64,000 nt of DNA, taken from Candidatus Pacearchaeota archaeon (GTDB lineage Archaea > Nanobdellota > Nanobdellia > Pacearchaeales > GW2011-AR1). Of the stretch, positions 28,185 through 37,798 are shown piece by piece. The notes under the pieces were generated by a model that was given only the letters and a program-made list of their open reading frames with translations, had not been told where the DNA came from and ran no database searches. How positions within the stretch are numbered: the stretch's first letter is position 1; the number at the start of each line of letters is the position of its first letter. Location of the stretch: positions 60 to 64,059 of the forward strand of contig JAGVWS010000033.1 of assembly GCA_018304165.1 (NCBI GenBank). The letters run 5' to 3'. The position numbers were made by a program, and so were the translations under genes.

Positions 28185-29336
28185 CTAACATTCTGTTGAG
28201 GTTAGGGCTTCTTGCTTCATAGAACTTGTTTGCTCCAACGGAGTATTGACAGATTTCTCCACACAGGACAATTCCTGCCCTGCTAATTTATTTAGTATGT
28301 TTATCGCCGAGTTGTAATCTCTGTCTATGACAAAGCCACATTCAGCACACTCGTAAGTTCTCTTATATAGGGACATATCCTGAATATGTCCACATTGAGA
28401 ACAGATTTTACTTGTGTTTCTTGGGTCTATCTTAACTATCTGACAACCAGCGTTCTCAGCTTTGAAGTCCAGTAGTTGAGCAAATTTACCCCAAGAAGCA
28501 TCCATCATATTTTTAGCGTTGAAATATTTTTGTTGTGACATTTGCTTTATGTCCAAATTTTCCATAACAATTATCTTACATTCCTTTATTAATTTTGTTG
28601 TAATCTTATGCAAGAAATCTGTTCTTTGATTTGTGATTTTGAGATGAAGTTTTGATAATCTTATTCTTGCCTTTTTTCTGTTAGAACTTCCTTTCTTTTT
28701 TCTTGACAAATCTTTCTGTAGATGCTTTAACTTTGATAAATTTTGCTCCAAGATTTTGGGGTTTTCTATTTTGTTTCCTTCGCTGTCAACGAGATAATTA
28801 TTTATCCCTAAATCAATTCCCACAACTTTATTTCCGCAAATAATTTGCTTTTTCTCGTCGGTAATTATAATAGCGTACCATCTGTCGATCTCTTTCTTTA
28901 TCTGAATTTGCTTTATGTTTCCATTCACTTCCCTATGAACTTTAATTTTTATATCCCCTATTTTTGAAAGATGAAGTTTATTATCTTCCAGAGAAAAACC
29001 ACTTTGATTATAATTTATTGTCTTGAACCATCCCTTTCCTTTGAACCTCAATCTCCCAACTTTTTTATGATTTCCTTTCAAAACTTTTAATGCTGATAAA
29101 TTAGAAAATAATCTATAACATTCGTATTGAAGTGTTTTAGAATAAACTTCTCTGAATCTCGGCTCACAGATTTTTAAGTCCGGGAGAATTGCCTGAATCA
29201 TATTTCTGTCTATAACAACTTGGTCTCTTAATTCTCCGAGCATCATATTATAAGCCCGTCTACATGTATCCAAAGCAAATTCTAACTTATCAGTTTGCTC
29301 TTTGTTTGGATATAGTCTGAATTTATTTGCTAACAT
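28185..29336 (-). CDS. tnpB: TnpB RNA-guided endonuclease
   Basis: KFRLYPNKEQ, RuvC triad GIDLG / VMENL / DRDYNSAIN, zinc finger CSQCG..CAECG. Confidence 0.95.
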   Translation of the reverse strand: MLANKFRLYPNKEQTDKLEFALDTCRRAYNMMLGELRDQVVIDRNMIQAILPDLKICEPRFREVYSKTLQYECYRLFSNLSALKVLKGNHKKVGRLRFKGKGWFKTINYNQSGFSLEDNKLHLSKIGDIKIKVHREVNGNIKQIQIKKEIDRWYAIIITDEKKQIICGNKVVGIDLGINNYLVDSEGNKIENPKILEQNLSKLKHLQKDLSRKKKGSSNRKKARIRLSKLHLKITNQRTDFLHKITTKLIKECKIIVMENLDIKQMSQQKYFNAKNMMDASWGKFAQLLDFKAENAGCQIVKIDPRNTSKICSQCGHIQDMSLYKRTYECAECGFVIDRDYNSAINILNKLAGQELSCVEKSVNTPLEQTSSMKQEALTSTEC

Positions 29337-29751
29337 TTTTTGGTTCTCCCTGACTTTCAACATATTTTTTTAGAACATCAAGAGTTACCTGTCCTGATGT
29401 TATAAGACAATAACTTCCGCTCCAAAATACATCTTTCCAAAGTTTGTCTTTTATCTTGTCTCTGAATTTGTTTCTTAATGCTTTTGAAGTTGCTGATTTC
29501 CAGTTGTTTATGAACTTTAATAAATCTGTTTGTGGCTTGGCTATAAACAAAATATGAACGTGGTCTAAATCGCTTTCTATCGCTGTTATTTTTATTCCAT
29601 AAATTTCTGCAATCTTGTGGGTTCTTGATTTTAGTTCATCAATTATCTCTGGAAAAGATAATACTTTTCTTCTGTATTTTATGCACTGAACTAAGTGATA
29701 ATTCAGTGTATATACTGAATGTGCGTTCTTATCAAATTTGTATATTCCCAT
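29323..29751 (-). CDS. tnpA: IS200-type Y1 (HUH) transposase
   Basis: YHLVQCIKYRRKVL, DHVHIL HUH motif, LWKDVFWSGSY, KKYVESQ catalytic Tyr. Confidence 0.95.
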   Translation of the reverse strand: MGIYKFDKNAHSVYTLNYHLVQCIKYRRKVLSFPEIIDELKSRTHKIAEIYGIKITAIESDLDHVHILFIAKPQTDLLKFINNWKSATSKALRNKFRDKIKDKLWKDVFWSGSYCLITSGQVTLDVLKKYVESQGEPKNVSK

Positions 29752-29900
29752 AGTTTTTATTATTCTTTCTCCTTGATATATCTTGTGTTTGGCTACTCAA
29801 ATTCATCTATAACCTAATGAGATTTAGGATATAGACTTCTTGGAGACGAAGTTAAATTTTTTATTACTGCCATAGGATAAACAAGGTTTTAATACCTGCT

Positions 29901-30905
29901 ATGATTATATCTATACGCATGATATTGAAAAGGTTGGGAGCTTCCCTGGCCGCGCTTTGCGCGGGCTCCATTGGAGTGGGATGCGTTAGTGATGTAAATG
30001 CAATTACAAGAGAGATTGAGAGCTATGAGCGGACTAAGATAATTCTTGAGGAATTAATTGAGCACTTTGAGAGGCAGAGAGATCAGAGAGATAATACATA
30101 CTCAAATAAAGATGATTCATATCACTATGCATCTTCTGAACAGTTATCAGAGCAGCTTTCAGAACATGAGAATTCTGCACCCGTTATAGAGCCGGACAGG
30201 AGCAGCCTTTTTTACAGAATAATTCCCGGCGTGAACGCTCTGCAAAGAAGCAATACAAACAATATGAACAGATTAAACAGCAGTGCAAGCAGTATCAACA
30301 ATGCAACAATGAGTATCAACAATGCAACAATGAGTATCAACAATGCAACAAGCAGTTTGCAAAACAGCATTTTATCTGGGCATAACAATATCAGGGCCCA
30401 AAATGCCGTTGATGCAACTCTTAACAGCCTTGATGATCCAAAAAGAGATTTTGACGAGGGAGATGCTAAGCGAGTAGCCCTGACTCTTCTTACCGGCCAG
30501 GACATAGGGGCTGTCGTTGAGTGGGGTTATTCTCAGGTAGATGAAGTCAGGAGAGTAAAGAAAGAATGGCTGGAAAAGCCTCTCGAAGAATATACTGGAG
30601 TTAAATGGGGCTTCTCATTTAGCGGAGGCATTTCCGGTGAGGTTGATGCAGGGATCAGGGCAAGAAAGAAACTTAATGTCTTTGGACTTTCCGGTGAATT
30701 ATCCCTTGAATTAAAAGAACAGTCCTGGAGCGATTTTGCTTACGGAAATTCTCAAGCTTCCGCTCTTACCTCTTCTTATGCATATAGATACAGAGAACCA
30801 GTTCTTAACTCTCCACTATGGCTCATGGCTCTTAGTGATGAAGATGAATCTCCCACTATTACTCTTGCTTACACCATAAAATTCCCTTCCGGAAAAAGGC
30901 GCTGA
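29901..30905 (+). CDS. Hypothetical secreted or lipoprotein with SINNATM repeats
   Basis: Signal peptide ending IGVGC; 21-bp repeat x3 at about 30291-30350. Confidence 0.65.
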   Translation: MIISIRMILKRLGASLAALCAGSIGVGCVSDVNAITREIESYERTKIILEELIEHFERQRDQRDNTYSNKDDSYHYASSEQLSEQLSEHENSAPVIEPDRSSLFYRIIPGVNALQRSNTNNMNRLNSSASSINNATMSINNATMSINNATSSLQNSILSGHNNIRAQNAVDATLNSLDDPKRDFDEGDAKRVALTLLTGQDIGAVVEWGYSQVDEVRRVKKEWLEKPLEEYTGVKWGFSFSGGISGEVDAGIRARKKLNVFGLSGELSLELKEQSWSDFAYGNSQASALTSSYAYRYREPVLNSPLWLMALSDEDESPTITLAYTIKFPSGKRR

Positions 30906-31128
30906 TTTCTGATACAATCCCAATTTAGCAGGAAGATTTAAAGAATCAACCAATAATGTAAATCCTCTTAATAAGCACGAACAGGCATGAGCAAGCCTTT
31001 GTTAGCCTTTGTTAGCAATTACCATCGATTGAACTCGTTGATAAAGGTCATACCTAATTAATAATGGAATTATTTCTGATAGTTATATCATTCTTATGCT
31101 ACTAAAATAATTACCCATTGGAGATGCT
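30904..31128. mobile_element. MITE-like element, decayed ends
   Basis: Aligns (inverted) along its length with 60560-60775, e.g. CAATTTAGCAxGAAGATTTAAAGAATCAA, TTTGTTAGCAATTACC, TATATCATTCTTATGCTA. Confidence 0.7.
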
Positions 31129-31172
31129 GGCTCTTAACCAACACTTATAAAGAAGTATGCACAATCCATTGG

Positions 31173-32009
31173 ATGAAAAAAGAGGATTTTCTGAAAAAAA
31201 TTGAAATAGAATTAAGAATTTCAAAGAACAGCCCATACACTATAAGAAATTATCTGAAAGCGAATGAAGAGCTTCTTGACTTTGCGAAGAAAAACCCGGA
31301 AAATATTGAGCAGAATGATGTCAAGAGCTTTCTTGCAGAAAACTCAGGTAAAGCTTCAAGCTCTATAATCCTGATTCTTGCAGCAATAAGATTTGCATAT
31401 ACCTCTCTACTTCAAAAAGATCCTACGGTGAGCATCAAGAGGCCGAAGAAGGAAAGAACTCTCCCCGACGTTTTAACGAAAGAAGAAGTTCTCAAGCTTA
31501 TTGAAAACACAAAGACATGGAAGAGCCGCCTGATAGTCAGCTTGTTATACGCCTCTGGAATGAGGGTGTCTGAATTAATAAACCTTCGGCTGAAGAACCT
31601 TCATTTCGAAGAGAAAATCGGGCATATAAAGAAAGCCAAGGGAAACAAAGACAGAATTTTCAATATACCTAATTATTTGATTGAAGATTTGAAGAGGCAG
31701 GCTGAGGAGCAGAAGCAAAAGGGCAGGGAATTTTTATTCACAGGCCGTGAGGGAAAGCAGATTTCCGCCCAAAACCTCCAGAAAATTGTAAGGCTTGCAG
31801 CAAAGCGGGCAGGAATTAAAAAAAGCGCCCATTGTCACACCCTGCGTCATAGCTACGCGACACATCTCTTGGAGTCCGGAACAGATATTAGACTGATACA
31901 AACCCTGCTTGGACACAGTTCAATCTCCACGACGGAAATTTACACCCACATTTCTACCGCGCAGTTAAAGAGAGTTGTTTCTCCTCTGGATGAGCTGATG
32001 AAGAAATAA
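31173..32009 (+). CDS. xerA: XerA-like tyrosine recombinase
   Basis: LYASGMRVSEL, KGNKDR, HTLRHSYATHLL, LLGHSSISTTEIYTH; 278 aa. Confidence 0.85.
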   Translation: MKKEDFLKKIEIELRISKNSPYTIRNYLKANEELLDFAKKNPENIEQNDVKSFLAENSGKASSSIILILAAIRFAYTSLLQKDPTVSIKRPKKERTLPDVLTKEEVLKLIENTKTWKSRLIVSLLYASGMRVSELINLRLKNLHFEEKIGHIKKAKGNKDRIFNIPNYLIEDLKRQAEEQKQKGREFLFTGREGKQISAQNLQKIVRLAAKRAGIKKSAHCHTLRHSYATHLLESGTDIRLIQTLLGHSSISTTEIYTHISTAQLKRVVSPLDELMKK

Positions 32010-32176
32010 AATTATCATTAAGGGTTATTGATTATTATTTGGATAATAAATCATAATTAACTAATAATCTATAAGACTTAGACATAATCTGATGCAATTG
32101 TCCGGCATATTAAGGGCTATCAATAATGGCTATACTAAAAGTTATTTTGAATTTATATTAATCAATAGAATTATTC

Positions 32177-32584
32177 TCACCTGTACGACTTCTGTCTCTT
32201 CGTCCTTGCCTTGGAATCTCCGGGCTTGTAAGCTTCCTTTCTCCTTACATCCGCCACAAGCAGGGCCTTGTCATAAGTGAGGTAAGCTCTCTTCAGCGCT
32301 TCTGACTTGCTGAATTTTACAATTGCTCTTGCAATAGCCAGCCTTGCAGCTTCTGTCTGGCTTTCCTTCCCTCCTCCCCTTGCAATAACACTTACATCAT
32401 AATTATTGTTTCCTAAAGTTTCCATAGCAATGTTTATAGGCTCTTCAATGTACAGCCTCCTCAATTTAGGGAGTGCCGTGTAGGGAACTTTATTAATAGT
32501 AACTTTGCCCTTTCCTTCTGTTATCGTCGCTGTAGCTTTTGAAGACTTTCTCTTCCCGGAAGCAATAATGCCTTTAATTTTCAT
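32177..32584 (-). CDS. rps9: 30S ribosomal protein uS9
   Basis: SGKRK, GGGKESQ, KARTKRQKSYR C-terminus. Confidence 0.95.
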   Translation of the reverse strand: MKIKGIIASGKRKSSKATATITEGKGKVTINKVPYTALPKLRRLYIEEPINIAMETLGNNNYDVSVIARGGGKESQTEAARLAIARAIVKFSKSEALKRAYLTYDKALLVADVRRKEAYKPGDSKARTKRQKSYR

Positions 32585-32585
32585 T

Positions 32586-33029
32586 TTATCCTCTGTATTT
32601 TAGTCCCCCGGATAATTTTTCCAGAGATATTGATTTAATTGGGGCAGTGCTCCTGCTTGATTTTACCATCCTGAAATTTTTAAGTTCCTCCGGAATTCTT
32701 ATATAGCACCTTACTCTCTTTAAAGCATCCCTTCCCCTGCCTTTCTTTTGTGGCAGCATTCCTCTTATAATTCTTTTAAGAAGCCTGTCCGGGCCGGAAG
32801 GAAAAAACGGGCCTTTCATGGCGCTCCCTCCCTTTCTTCTTAATATTAAATATTTATTCAATATATCTCTTTCATTGCCTATTATTACTGCCTTTTCAGA
32901 ATTAACGATTTTTATTTTCTTGCCTAAGAGAAGCTGCTTTGCAGTATAACTGGCTAATCTTCCCGCAATGGCGTTTTCCGCATCTATAACAACCTCTTCC
33001 ATCCCTGCAGGTGCATTTTCTTTTTTCAT
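32586..33029 (-). CDS. rpl13: 50S ribosomal protein uL13
   Basis: IDAENAIAGRLAS, KRIIRGMLP. Confidence 0.95.
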   Translation of the reverse strand: MKKENAPAGMEEVVIDAENAIAGRLASYTAKQLLLGKKIKIVNSEKAVIIGNERDILNKYLILRRKGGSAMKGPFFPSGPDRLLKRIIRGMLPQKKGRGRDALKRVRCYIRIPEELKNFRMVKSSRSTAPIKSISLEKLSGGLKYRG

Positions 33030-33154
33030 AGTGTTATATTTTTGCCTCTTGATTGATAATTGATAAATTTATTCTTCTTAATTAATAATTGATAAATTTA
33101 TTTTGATAAATCTTTGTTTCTTAATTAATAAATTTATTTTCATAGTATTAAATT

Positions 33155-33529
33155 TTATAAAATTATTTTTATTCCGGAAGCTTTAGGATTTATCTTTATT
33201 TCTTCAATTATTGCAGCCACCCCGCATTTTTTATTCTTAAGTTTAGCAGCTGCTTCCTGTGAAAATTTGAATGCACAAACTCTTATCTTCTTGGTTATTT
33301 CTCCGCTTCCCAAGACTTTTCCCGGTATTACTATAGTGTCGCCTTCTTCAGCATTAGAATCTATTTTTGACAGGTTAACCTCTTTCATTTCCTTTGTTGG
33401 CGAAGACAAATGCCTCGCAACTTCAATCCATCCGGAATTTTTCTTCGCAGTATTTATGGTTTCTACCAGCTCGGTGTTAGTTTTCTTCCTCATTCTCTTC
33501 TTTATCCTTGTTTTTGATGCCCTTTTCAT
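33155..33529 (-). CDS. rpl18e: 50S ribosomal protein eL18
   Basis: KTNTEL, EVNLSKI, IPGKVLGSG, FKFS. Confidence 0.95.
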   Translation of the reverse strand: MKRASKTRIKKRMRKKTNTELVETINTAKKNSGWIEVARHLSSPTKEMKEVNLSKIDSNAEEGDTIVIPGKVLGSGEITKKIRVCAFKFSQEAAAKLKNKKCGVAAIIEEIKINPKASGIKIIL

Positions 33530-33607
33530 ATTGGTTTTATCGGCGCAGTTTCATTAATTTTATCTGTTCTCTCAAAGGAGAGTTGATAAGGAACCTTTGG
33601 TTCCTTA

Positions 33608-33691
33608 TGCGGGAGAAAGGATTCGAACCTTTGCAGGCACTAAGCCATGTGGTCCTTAGCCACACCCGTTTGACCACTCCGGCACTCCCGC
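33608..33691 (-). tRNA. tRNA-Leu(AAG)
   Basis: GCGGGAG/CTCCCGC-A acceptor, anticodon arm TGTGG-CT-AAG-GA-CCACA, long variable arm, GGTTCGAATCC. Confidence 0.92.
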
Positions 33692-33741
33692 CCGGATGGT
33701 ATTAAGGTGAAGCTTTAGTTTAAAAACCTTCCAGAGTTATA

Positions 33742-34506
33742 TTAATTCTTCATGAAAGGCTCAAGATTCTTCTTTAGAGCTTCTATAGCCCCGATAACAA
33801 TTTCTTCTGCCTTTATCTGTCCAAAAGACTCGGCGAAGAATATTATTCCCTTCCCTTTTTCTATAGAGACATTGCTTTTAAGCTCTTCATACATCTCCCT
33901 GGTATTCTTCCCATTCTTGAATTTGTACCTTTCAAATTCGGGTTCTTCTCCGTTTTCCCCGGGGTTTATTATTAATATGGGGAAATTCTCTAAAAATTCT
34001 TTATCCGCATCCTTTCCTTTTTTTGGGATGACTTCATAAAACTCTCTATAGTAAAACATTCCCGGGGAATATTTGGCATGCTCAATGCCCTTTCCAAGAG
34101 CGGCTGTTGCAACCAGTTCTATTTCATGTCCCTTTTTTAATACAGTAAGAGGCATTTCCTTGAATACAACTTCTGCTCCTCCCCCAATATCTCCGGAATA
34201 AACTATGCATGGACCCTTCTTTGAAAGCTTGAGCTTGGCTTCGTAAAGCATTCCCTCTTCTTTCTTTTCAGAACTCTTCTTCTTCCTGCTTTTTTCAAGC
34301 ATAGTTTTGTCTGTTTTTAAGGGAAGGAGCCCAAGCCTGTGAGCAAGAACCTCGTCATACAAAACAGAATCATTCTTGAAAACCTCTATTTCATCTATGG
34401 CCAGAATCGGGATTTCCTGGACAGAACGCCTTATGGCATTGGCCAATGGCTCTTCTATGTCCGCAGAAAAAACTGCATCTTCCGGAGTTTTTTTATAAAT
34501 TTTCAT
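33742..34506 (-). CDS. rpoD: RNA polymerase subunit Rpo3/D
   Basis: [37 protein letters not shown]; no Fe-S Cys cluster. Confidence 0.95.
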   Translation of the reverse strand: MKIYKKTPEDAVFSADIEEPLANAIRRSVQEIPILAIDEIEVFKNDSVLYDEVLAHRLGLLPLKTDKTMLEKSRKKKSSEKKEEGMLYEAKLKLSKKGPCIVYSGDIGGGAEVVFKEMPLTVLKKGHEIELVATAALGKGIEHAKYSPGMFYYREFYEVIPKKGKDADKEFLENFPILIINPGENGEEPEFERYKFKNGKNTREMYEELKSNVSIEKGKGIIFFAESFGQIKAEEIVIGAIEALKKNLEPFMKN

Positions 34507-34554
34507 TTTTATTGCTTGTATGTTCCCTACATATTTTATCTGTAATTTGCTTTT

Positions 34555-34944
34555 TTAAACTCTTCTTCCGCGCTTTCCTCCCTTTTTCTTTGGCCCGCCT
34601 CTGGGTATCTTAGTTACATCAGAGATGCTTATTATCTTAAAACTCTCTCTTGACAGAGATTTTATTATGGCATGGGCGCCGGGGCCGGGAGAGGTATTTC
34701 CCGTCTTTGCTCTTATCCTGACATATAAATTTTTCATTCCAATCTCATTTGCAGATTCAGCTATCTTCTTAGCTATGAACATTGCAACAGTCGGATTGGC
34801 TTTTAACCTGTCCTGTTTTGTTATCATTCCTCCGGAAACTCTCGCTATCGTATGGCCCGATAAATCAGTCAGGTTAACAAGAGTATTATTAAAGCTGGTG
34901 AATATATGCACGATCCCTGTATTTTCCTGAAGATTCTTACTCAT
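34555..34944 (-). CDS. rps11: 30S ribosomal protein uS11
   Basis: HIFTSFNNT, PGPGA, GGKRGRRV. Confidence 0.95.
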   Translation of the reverse strand: MSKNLQENTGIVHIFTSFNNTLVNLTDLSGHTIARVSGGMITKQDRLKANPTVAMFIAKKIAESANEIGMKNLYVRIRAKTGNTSPGPGAHAIIKSLSRESFKIISISDVTKIPRGGPKKKGGKRGRRV

Positions 34945-35461
34945 TTTTCACTCCTGTCAAATCTGTTTTCTTAACTTCCTGAGCAACAGCATTGTTTTTT
35001 ACAGCTTTTTTGCTTTCCACCACTTCTATCTTATCCTCTTCATCCACTCTCACGATATAAGATGGCTGGTTAACAATCCGCCCTTTAATCTTTACTCTCT
35101 TATGAACTATTAATTGTCTTGCATGGGGTGGCGTCCTGGCTAATTTTTTCCTGAGCAGAACACTTTGTAATCTCCTCTTTATCCAGTCTCTCTTCTCCAG
35201 AGCAAGGACTTCCGGAATGGAAGAAACCTTGAGTCCAATCTTGTTCAGCTTGTTGAAAAGTTCTTCCTGCTCTTTTTGGCTGGAGGTTATAAGCTTCTTT
35301 GCTATTCTTCTCAACCTGCTTATCGCAGCTTCAGCCTTCCATATCTCTCTCTTGTTTTTAAGCCCATATTCTTTTATTATCTCATTTTCTTCTTCTATTC
35401 TCTGCTTTTCAAAAGGCTTTTTCGGCCTAGAGTACCTCTTGTGCTTTCTTGTCCAGGCCAT
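34937..35461 (-). CDS. rps4: 30S ribosomal protein uS4
   Basis: YGLKNKREIWK, RRLQS, ARQLIVH, PSYIV. Confidence 0.95.
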   Translation of the reverse strand: MAWTRKHKRYSRPKKPFEKQRIEEENEIIKEYGLKNKREIWKAEAAISRLRRIAKKLITSSQKEQEELFNKLNKIGLKVSSIPEVLALEKRDWIKRRLQSVLLRKKLARTPPHARQLIVHKRVKIKGRIVNQPSYIVRVDEEDKIEVVESKKAVKNNAVAQEVKKTDLTGVKNE

Positions 35462-36003
35462 TATCTGCCTCCTGACTTTCCTTCAACAGGTTTATTCTTT
35501 GATGCGCCAACTCCCACACTGATTCTGGACTTCTTATTTTCCCTAAAGTGGCTCTTAGTCCTCTGTCCTCTTGTTGGAAGCCCAAGAGCATGCCTCAATC
35601 CCCTGTAACTTCTTATCTTCTTCAATAGCTTGATATCAAATTCCTTCCTTAAGTCCAAATCAGTGCTTGTCAGATGCCTGTCCTCTCCGGTATTAGCATC
35701 CTTTCTTCTATTCAGCAGGAAAGAAGGCAATTTTGGATTTTTTATAAACTCTTCAATTGTTTTTATCTCTTCTTTGCTCAAATCGCCTATCTTTTTTGCA
35801 GGATTTATTTTGATAGCAGAGCATATTCCGTTGGATACGGCCCATGAGACGCCTTTTATTCTTGTCAGCCCAACTATTACTTTCTTGCTGCTTTTTATGT
35901 CTTTATCGAGAATTCTTATTAGAGATTCTGTCTGCTGTTCCGCCGACGGGCGATCTTTTATTTTATCTTCTTTTACTTTCTCTTTCGTTTCTTGTTTTTT
36001 CAT
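35461..36003 (-). CDS. rps13: 30S ribosomal protein uS13
   Basis: LTRIKGV, NRRKD, SYRGLRHALGLPTRGQRTKS. Confidence 0.95.
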   Translation of the reverse strand: MKKQETKEKVKEDKIKDRPSAEQQTESLIRILDKDIKSSKKVIVGLTRIKGVSWAVSNGICSAIKINPAKKIGDLSKEEIKTIEEFIKNPKLPSFLLNRRKDANTGEDRHLTSTDLDLRKEFDIKLLKKIRSYRGLRHALGLPTRGQRTKSHFRENKKSRISVGVGASKNKPVEGKSGGR

Positions 36004-36004
36004 T

Positions 36005-36550
36005 TTACCTCACAAACAATCTGTGCCTCTCATTTTGTGTTAACTCCTCAAATATTCTTTTCTCTACTGCTTTAACAGGATTTGGCAGGGAATGCAGCCT
36101 TTCTCTTATATCTTTAAAACTTTCGAAGGGCTTTTTCTCCCTTTCCTTTAAGATTTCTGTAGTGTGCTTTCTTCCGAAGCCGGGAAGCAATTCCAATTGA
36201 TGCATTCGCGTGTTTATAGCATCTGCCTTGTTGAAAAATTCAATAAACCTTTTCTCGTTTTCCTCAACTATTGATGCAATAATTTCTGCAAGATTTATCT
36301 TGGCAGTTTCTGTCAGATTCTCTCCGGGTAATCTTCCCAGGATATAATATACCTTGTCTCTCTTTCCCTCTCCTATATATACCTTTTCTTTAAGTGCTAA
36401 GGACATGCCCTTCCTTGGCACCAGATGAAGCAGGGTAAATCCAGAAAGCCCCATAGCTTGGGCTACAGGAGTCCTTTTCTTTTCTAGCGGATAACCATAT
36501 GGCAGGTAATCTAGCACAATAGCATACTCTTCCCTTTCCATCTTCATCAC
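36005..36550 (-). CDS. DUF655 family RNA-binding protein
   Basis: EEYAIVLDYLPYG, RMHQLELLPGFG, FESFKDI; typical position after rpoF. Confidence 0.9.
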   Translation of the reverse strand: MMKMEREEYAIVLDYLPYGYPLEKKRTPVAQAMGLSGFTLLHLVPRKGMSLALKEKVYIGEGKRDKVYYILGRLPGENLTETAKINLAEIIASIVEENEKRFIEFFNKADAINTRMHQLELLPGFGRKHTTEILKEREKKPFESFKDIRERLHSLPNPVKAVEKRIFEELTQNERHRLFVR

Positions 36551-36858
36551 TTGTATTTCTTGACAAGTTCAAGTATTTTATTGATTTCATCTTTTGACAA
36601 TCCCGTATCAGCGAATATTTTCAATATGTCTGCCTCATCTTCCGGCAGAGTGTCAATTATTTTTATGACATGCTCTGGTTTTACTTTTAGATAGTCAAGC
36701 TTTTCTATTTCATCCCTCAGACTCTTTGCATCTTTGACGCTTATTTTATTGAACTTCTTTATGAAAGCCATTATCTCTTTCTTTTCTTCTTTGTCACCGG
36801 CATTTTCAATTATCTCTTCCGATTCGCTCAAGCTCAATGGTTTAATGTCAATTATCAT
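36547..36858 (-). CDS. rpoF: RNA polymerase subunit Rpo4/F
   Basis: KIIDTLPED, rpl21e-rpoF-DUF655 synteny. Confidence 0.88.
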   Translation of the reverse strand: MIIDIKPLSLSESEEIIENAGDKEEKKEIMAFIKKFNKISVKDAKSLRDEIEKLDYLKVKPEHVIKIIDTLPEDEADILKIFADTGLSKDEINKILELVKKYK

Positions 36859-36915
36859 TTTTCTGTTTTATCTGGTTTCTGATTTAATGTCAATTATCAT
36901 TTTTCTGTTTTATCT
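36841..36915. repeat. Duplication of the rpoF start, 2 x 33 bp at 42-bp period
   Basis: TTTAATGTCAATTATCATTTTTCTGTTTTATCT at 36841 and 36883. Confidence 0.9.
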
Positions 36916-37165
36916 AAGCAAGTTTTTTTAAATGAACGGGATGTATTATATGTGTTTTTTCCTGGTCGTAATCCATTATCCTGACAATATAGAACTTTCC
37001 TTTCTTGCCGTCAACAGTTCCTGTCCTGCCCTGCAGAGTCTTTGGAAATTTAGGCATTTCCGAAAGTTCCCTGACTACTGCTACCCTGTCGCCTTTATTA
37101 AGCTCTTTGAAGTATTCACTAAGCCTCAGCTTCCCTCTCCGACGGATTCGTTTTCTCTTCATCAT
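36914..37165 (-). CDS. rpl21e: 50S ribosomal protein eL21
   Basis: GDRVAVV, QGRTGTV, IHPVHLK. Confidence 0.92.
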   Translation of the reverse strand: MMKRKRIRRRGKLRLSEYFKELNKGDRVAVVRELSEMPKFPKTLQGRTGTVDGKKGKFYIVRIMDYDQEKTHIIHPVHLKKLA

Positions 37166-37354
37166 TTTGCTTTTTATCCCAGTCAATTAAAATATTTCTC
37201 TTTCTACCTTTTTAAGCTTATCTCTTCGTCATCTTATAGTGCTAATATAAGTAAGATATAAATTGTGTATATAATTGAATAACTCATGATATGACCTAAA
37301 ATAAATAAGACAGCAGATTCTATACACAATATTCTAAATAATCTTTGCTGTAAC

Positions 37355-37552
37355 CTACATCCTCTTTGACATCCGAGGGTAGTTTGTTTCCACACTTCCC
37401 TGCATTAAATCTCCTCTTTCCCTGGCATCCTGCATGCTCTTTACGATTGTATTGAACATCTTTTCCCCCCATACACCCTTCCCGCAGTCGTTGCAGAAGT
37501 CTATGACAGAATTCTCATCAATCTCTTTTTTGCAGTAGATGCATTTTTTCAT
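37355..37552 (-). CDS. Small zinc-finger hypothetical protein
   Basis: CIYC...CNDC, GVWGEKMF. Confidence 0.7.
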   Translation of the reverse strand: MKKCIYCKKEIDENSVIDFCNDCGKGVWGEKMFNTIVKSMQDARERGDLMQGSVETNYPRMSKRM

Positions 37553-37596
37553 CTGTTCGTCTAATAGAATGCTTTTTTTAAATCTTTCTTTATTTC

Positions 37597-37790
37597 AGTA
37601 TCTTATGTGCTTAATTAGAAGTTAAACTTAAAGTATACTGCTAATGTAAATCCTATTTGTTTATTCTAATGCTCTGGCTTGTTGAACATCACGAGCCGCG
37701 GCGTATATAATTAATTATAAGAGGATTAGAATATTATATCTTATTTATTAAAGATATATTCATCTTTTAAGCAATTCTATCAGAAATGCT
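37597..37790. mobile_element. Degenerate MITE-like copy
   Basis: AGTATCT left end, ATCAGAAATGCT right end, 23-mer shared with 2633-2655. Confidence 0.5.
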
Positions 37791-37798
37791 CAATTTCA

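Larger units (their letters stand above)
28170..29851 (-). mobile_element. IS200/IS605-family element (tnpA + tnpB)
   Basis: Left-end hairpin CTATATCCTAA..TTAGGTTATAG following TTTAA; right-end hairpin ending GGGTAGTTCAC; no TIRs or TSD. Confidence 0.85.

Noticed and set aside
31173-32009. Possible integron integrase or provirus integrase
   Set aside because: 278 aa with no IntI-specific insertion, no attC array and no viral genes adjacent; best read as housekeeping XerA. No dif site identified by eye
33508-33705. 65-aa plus-strand ORF
   Set aside because: Antisense to tRNA-Leu(AAG) and the rpl18e start
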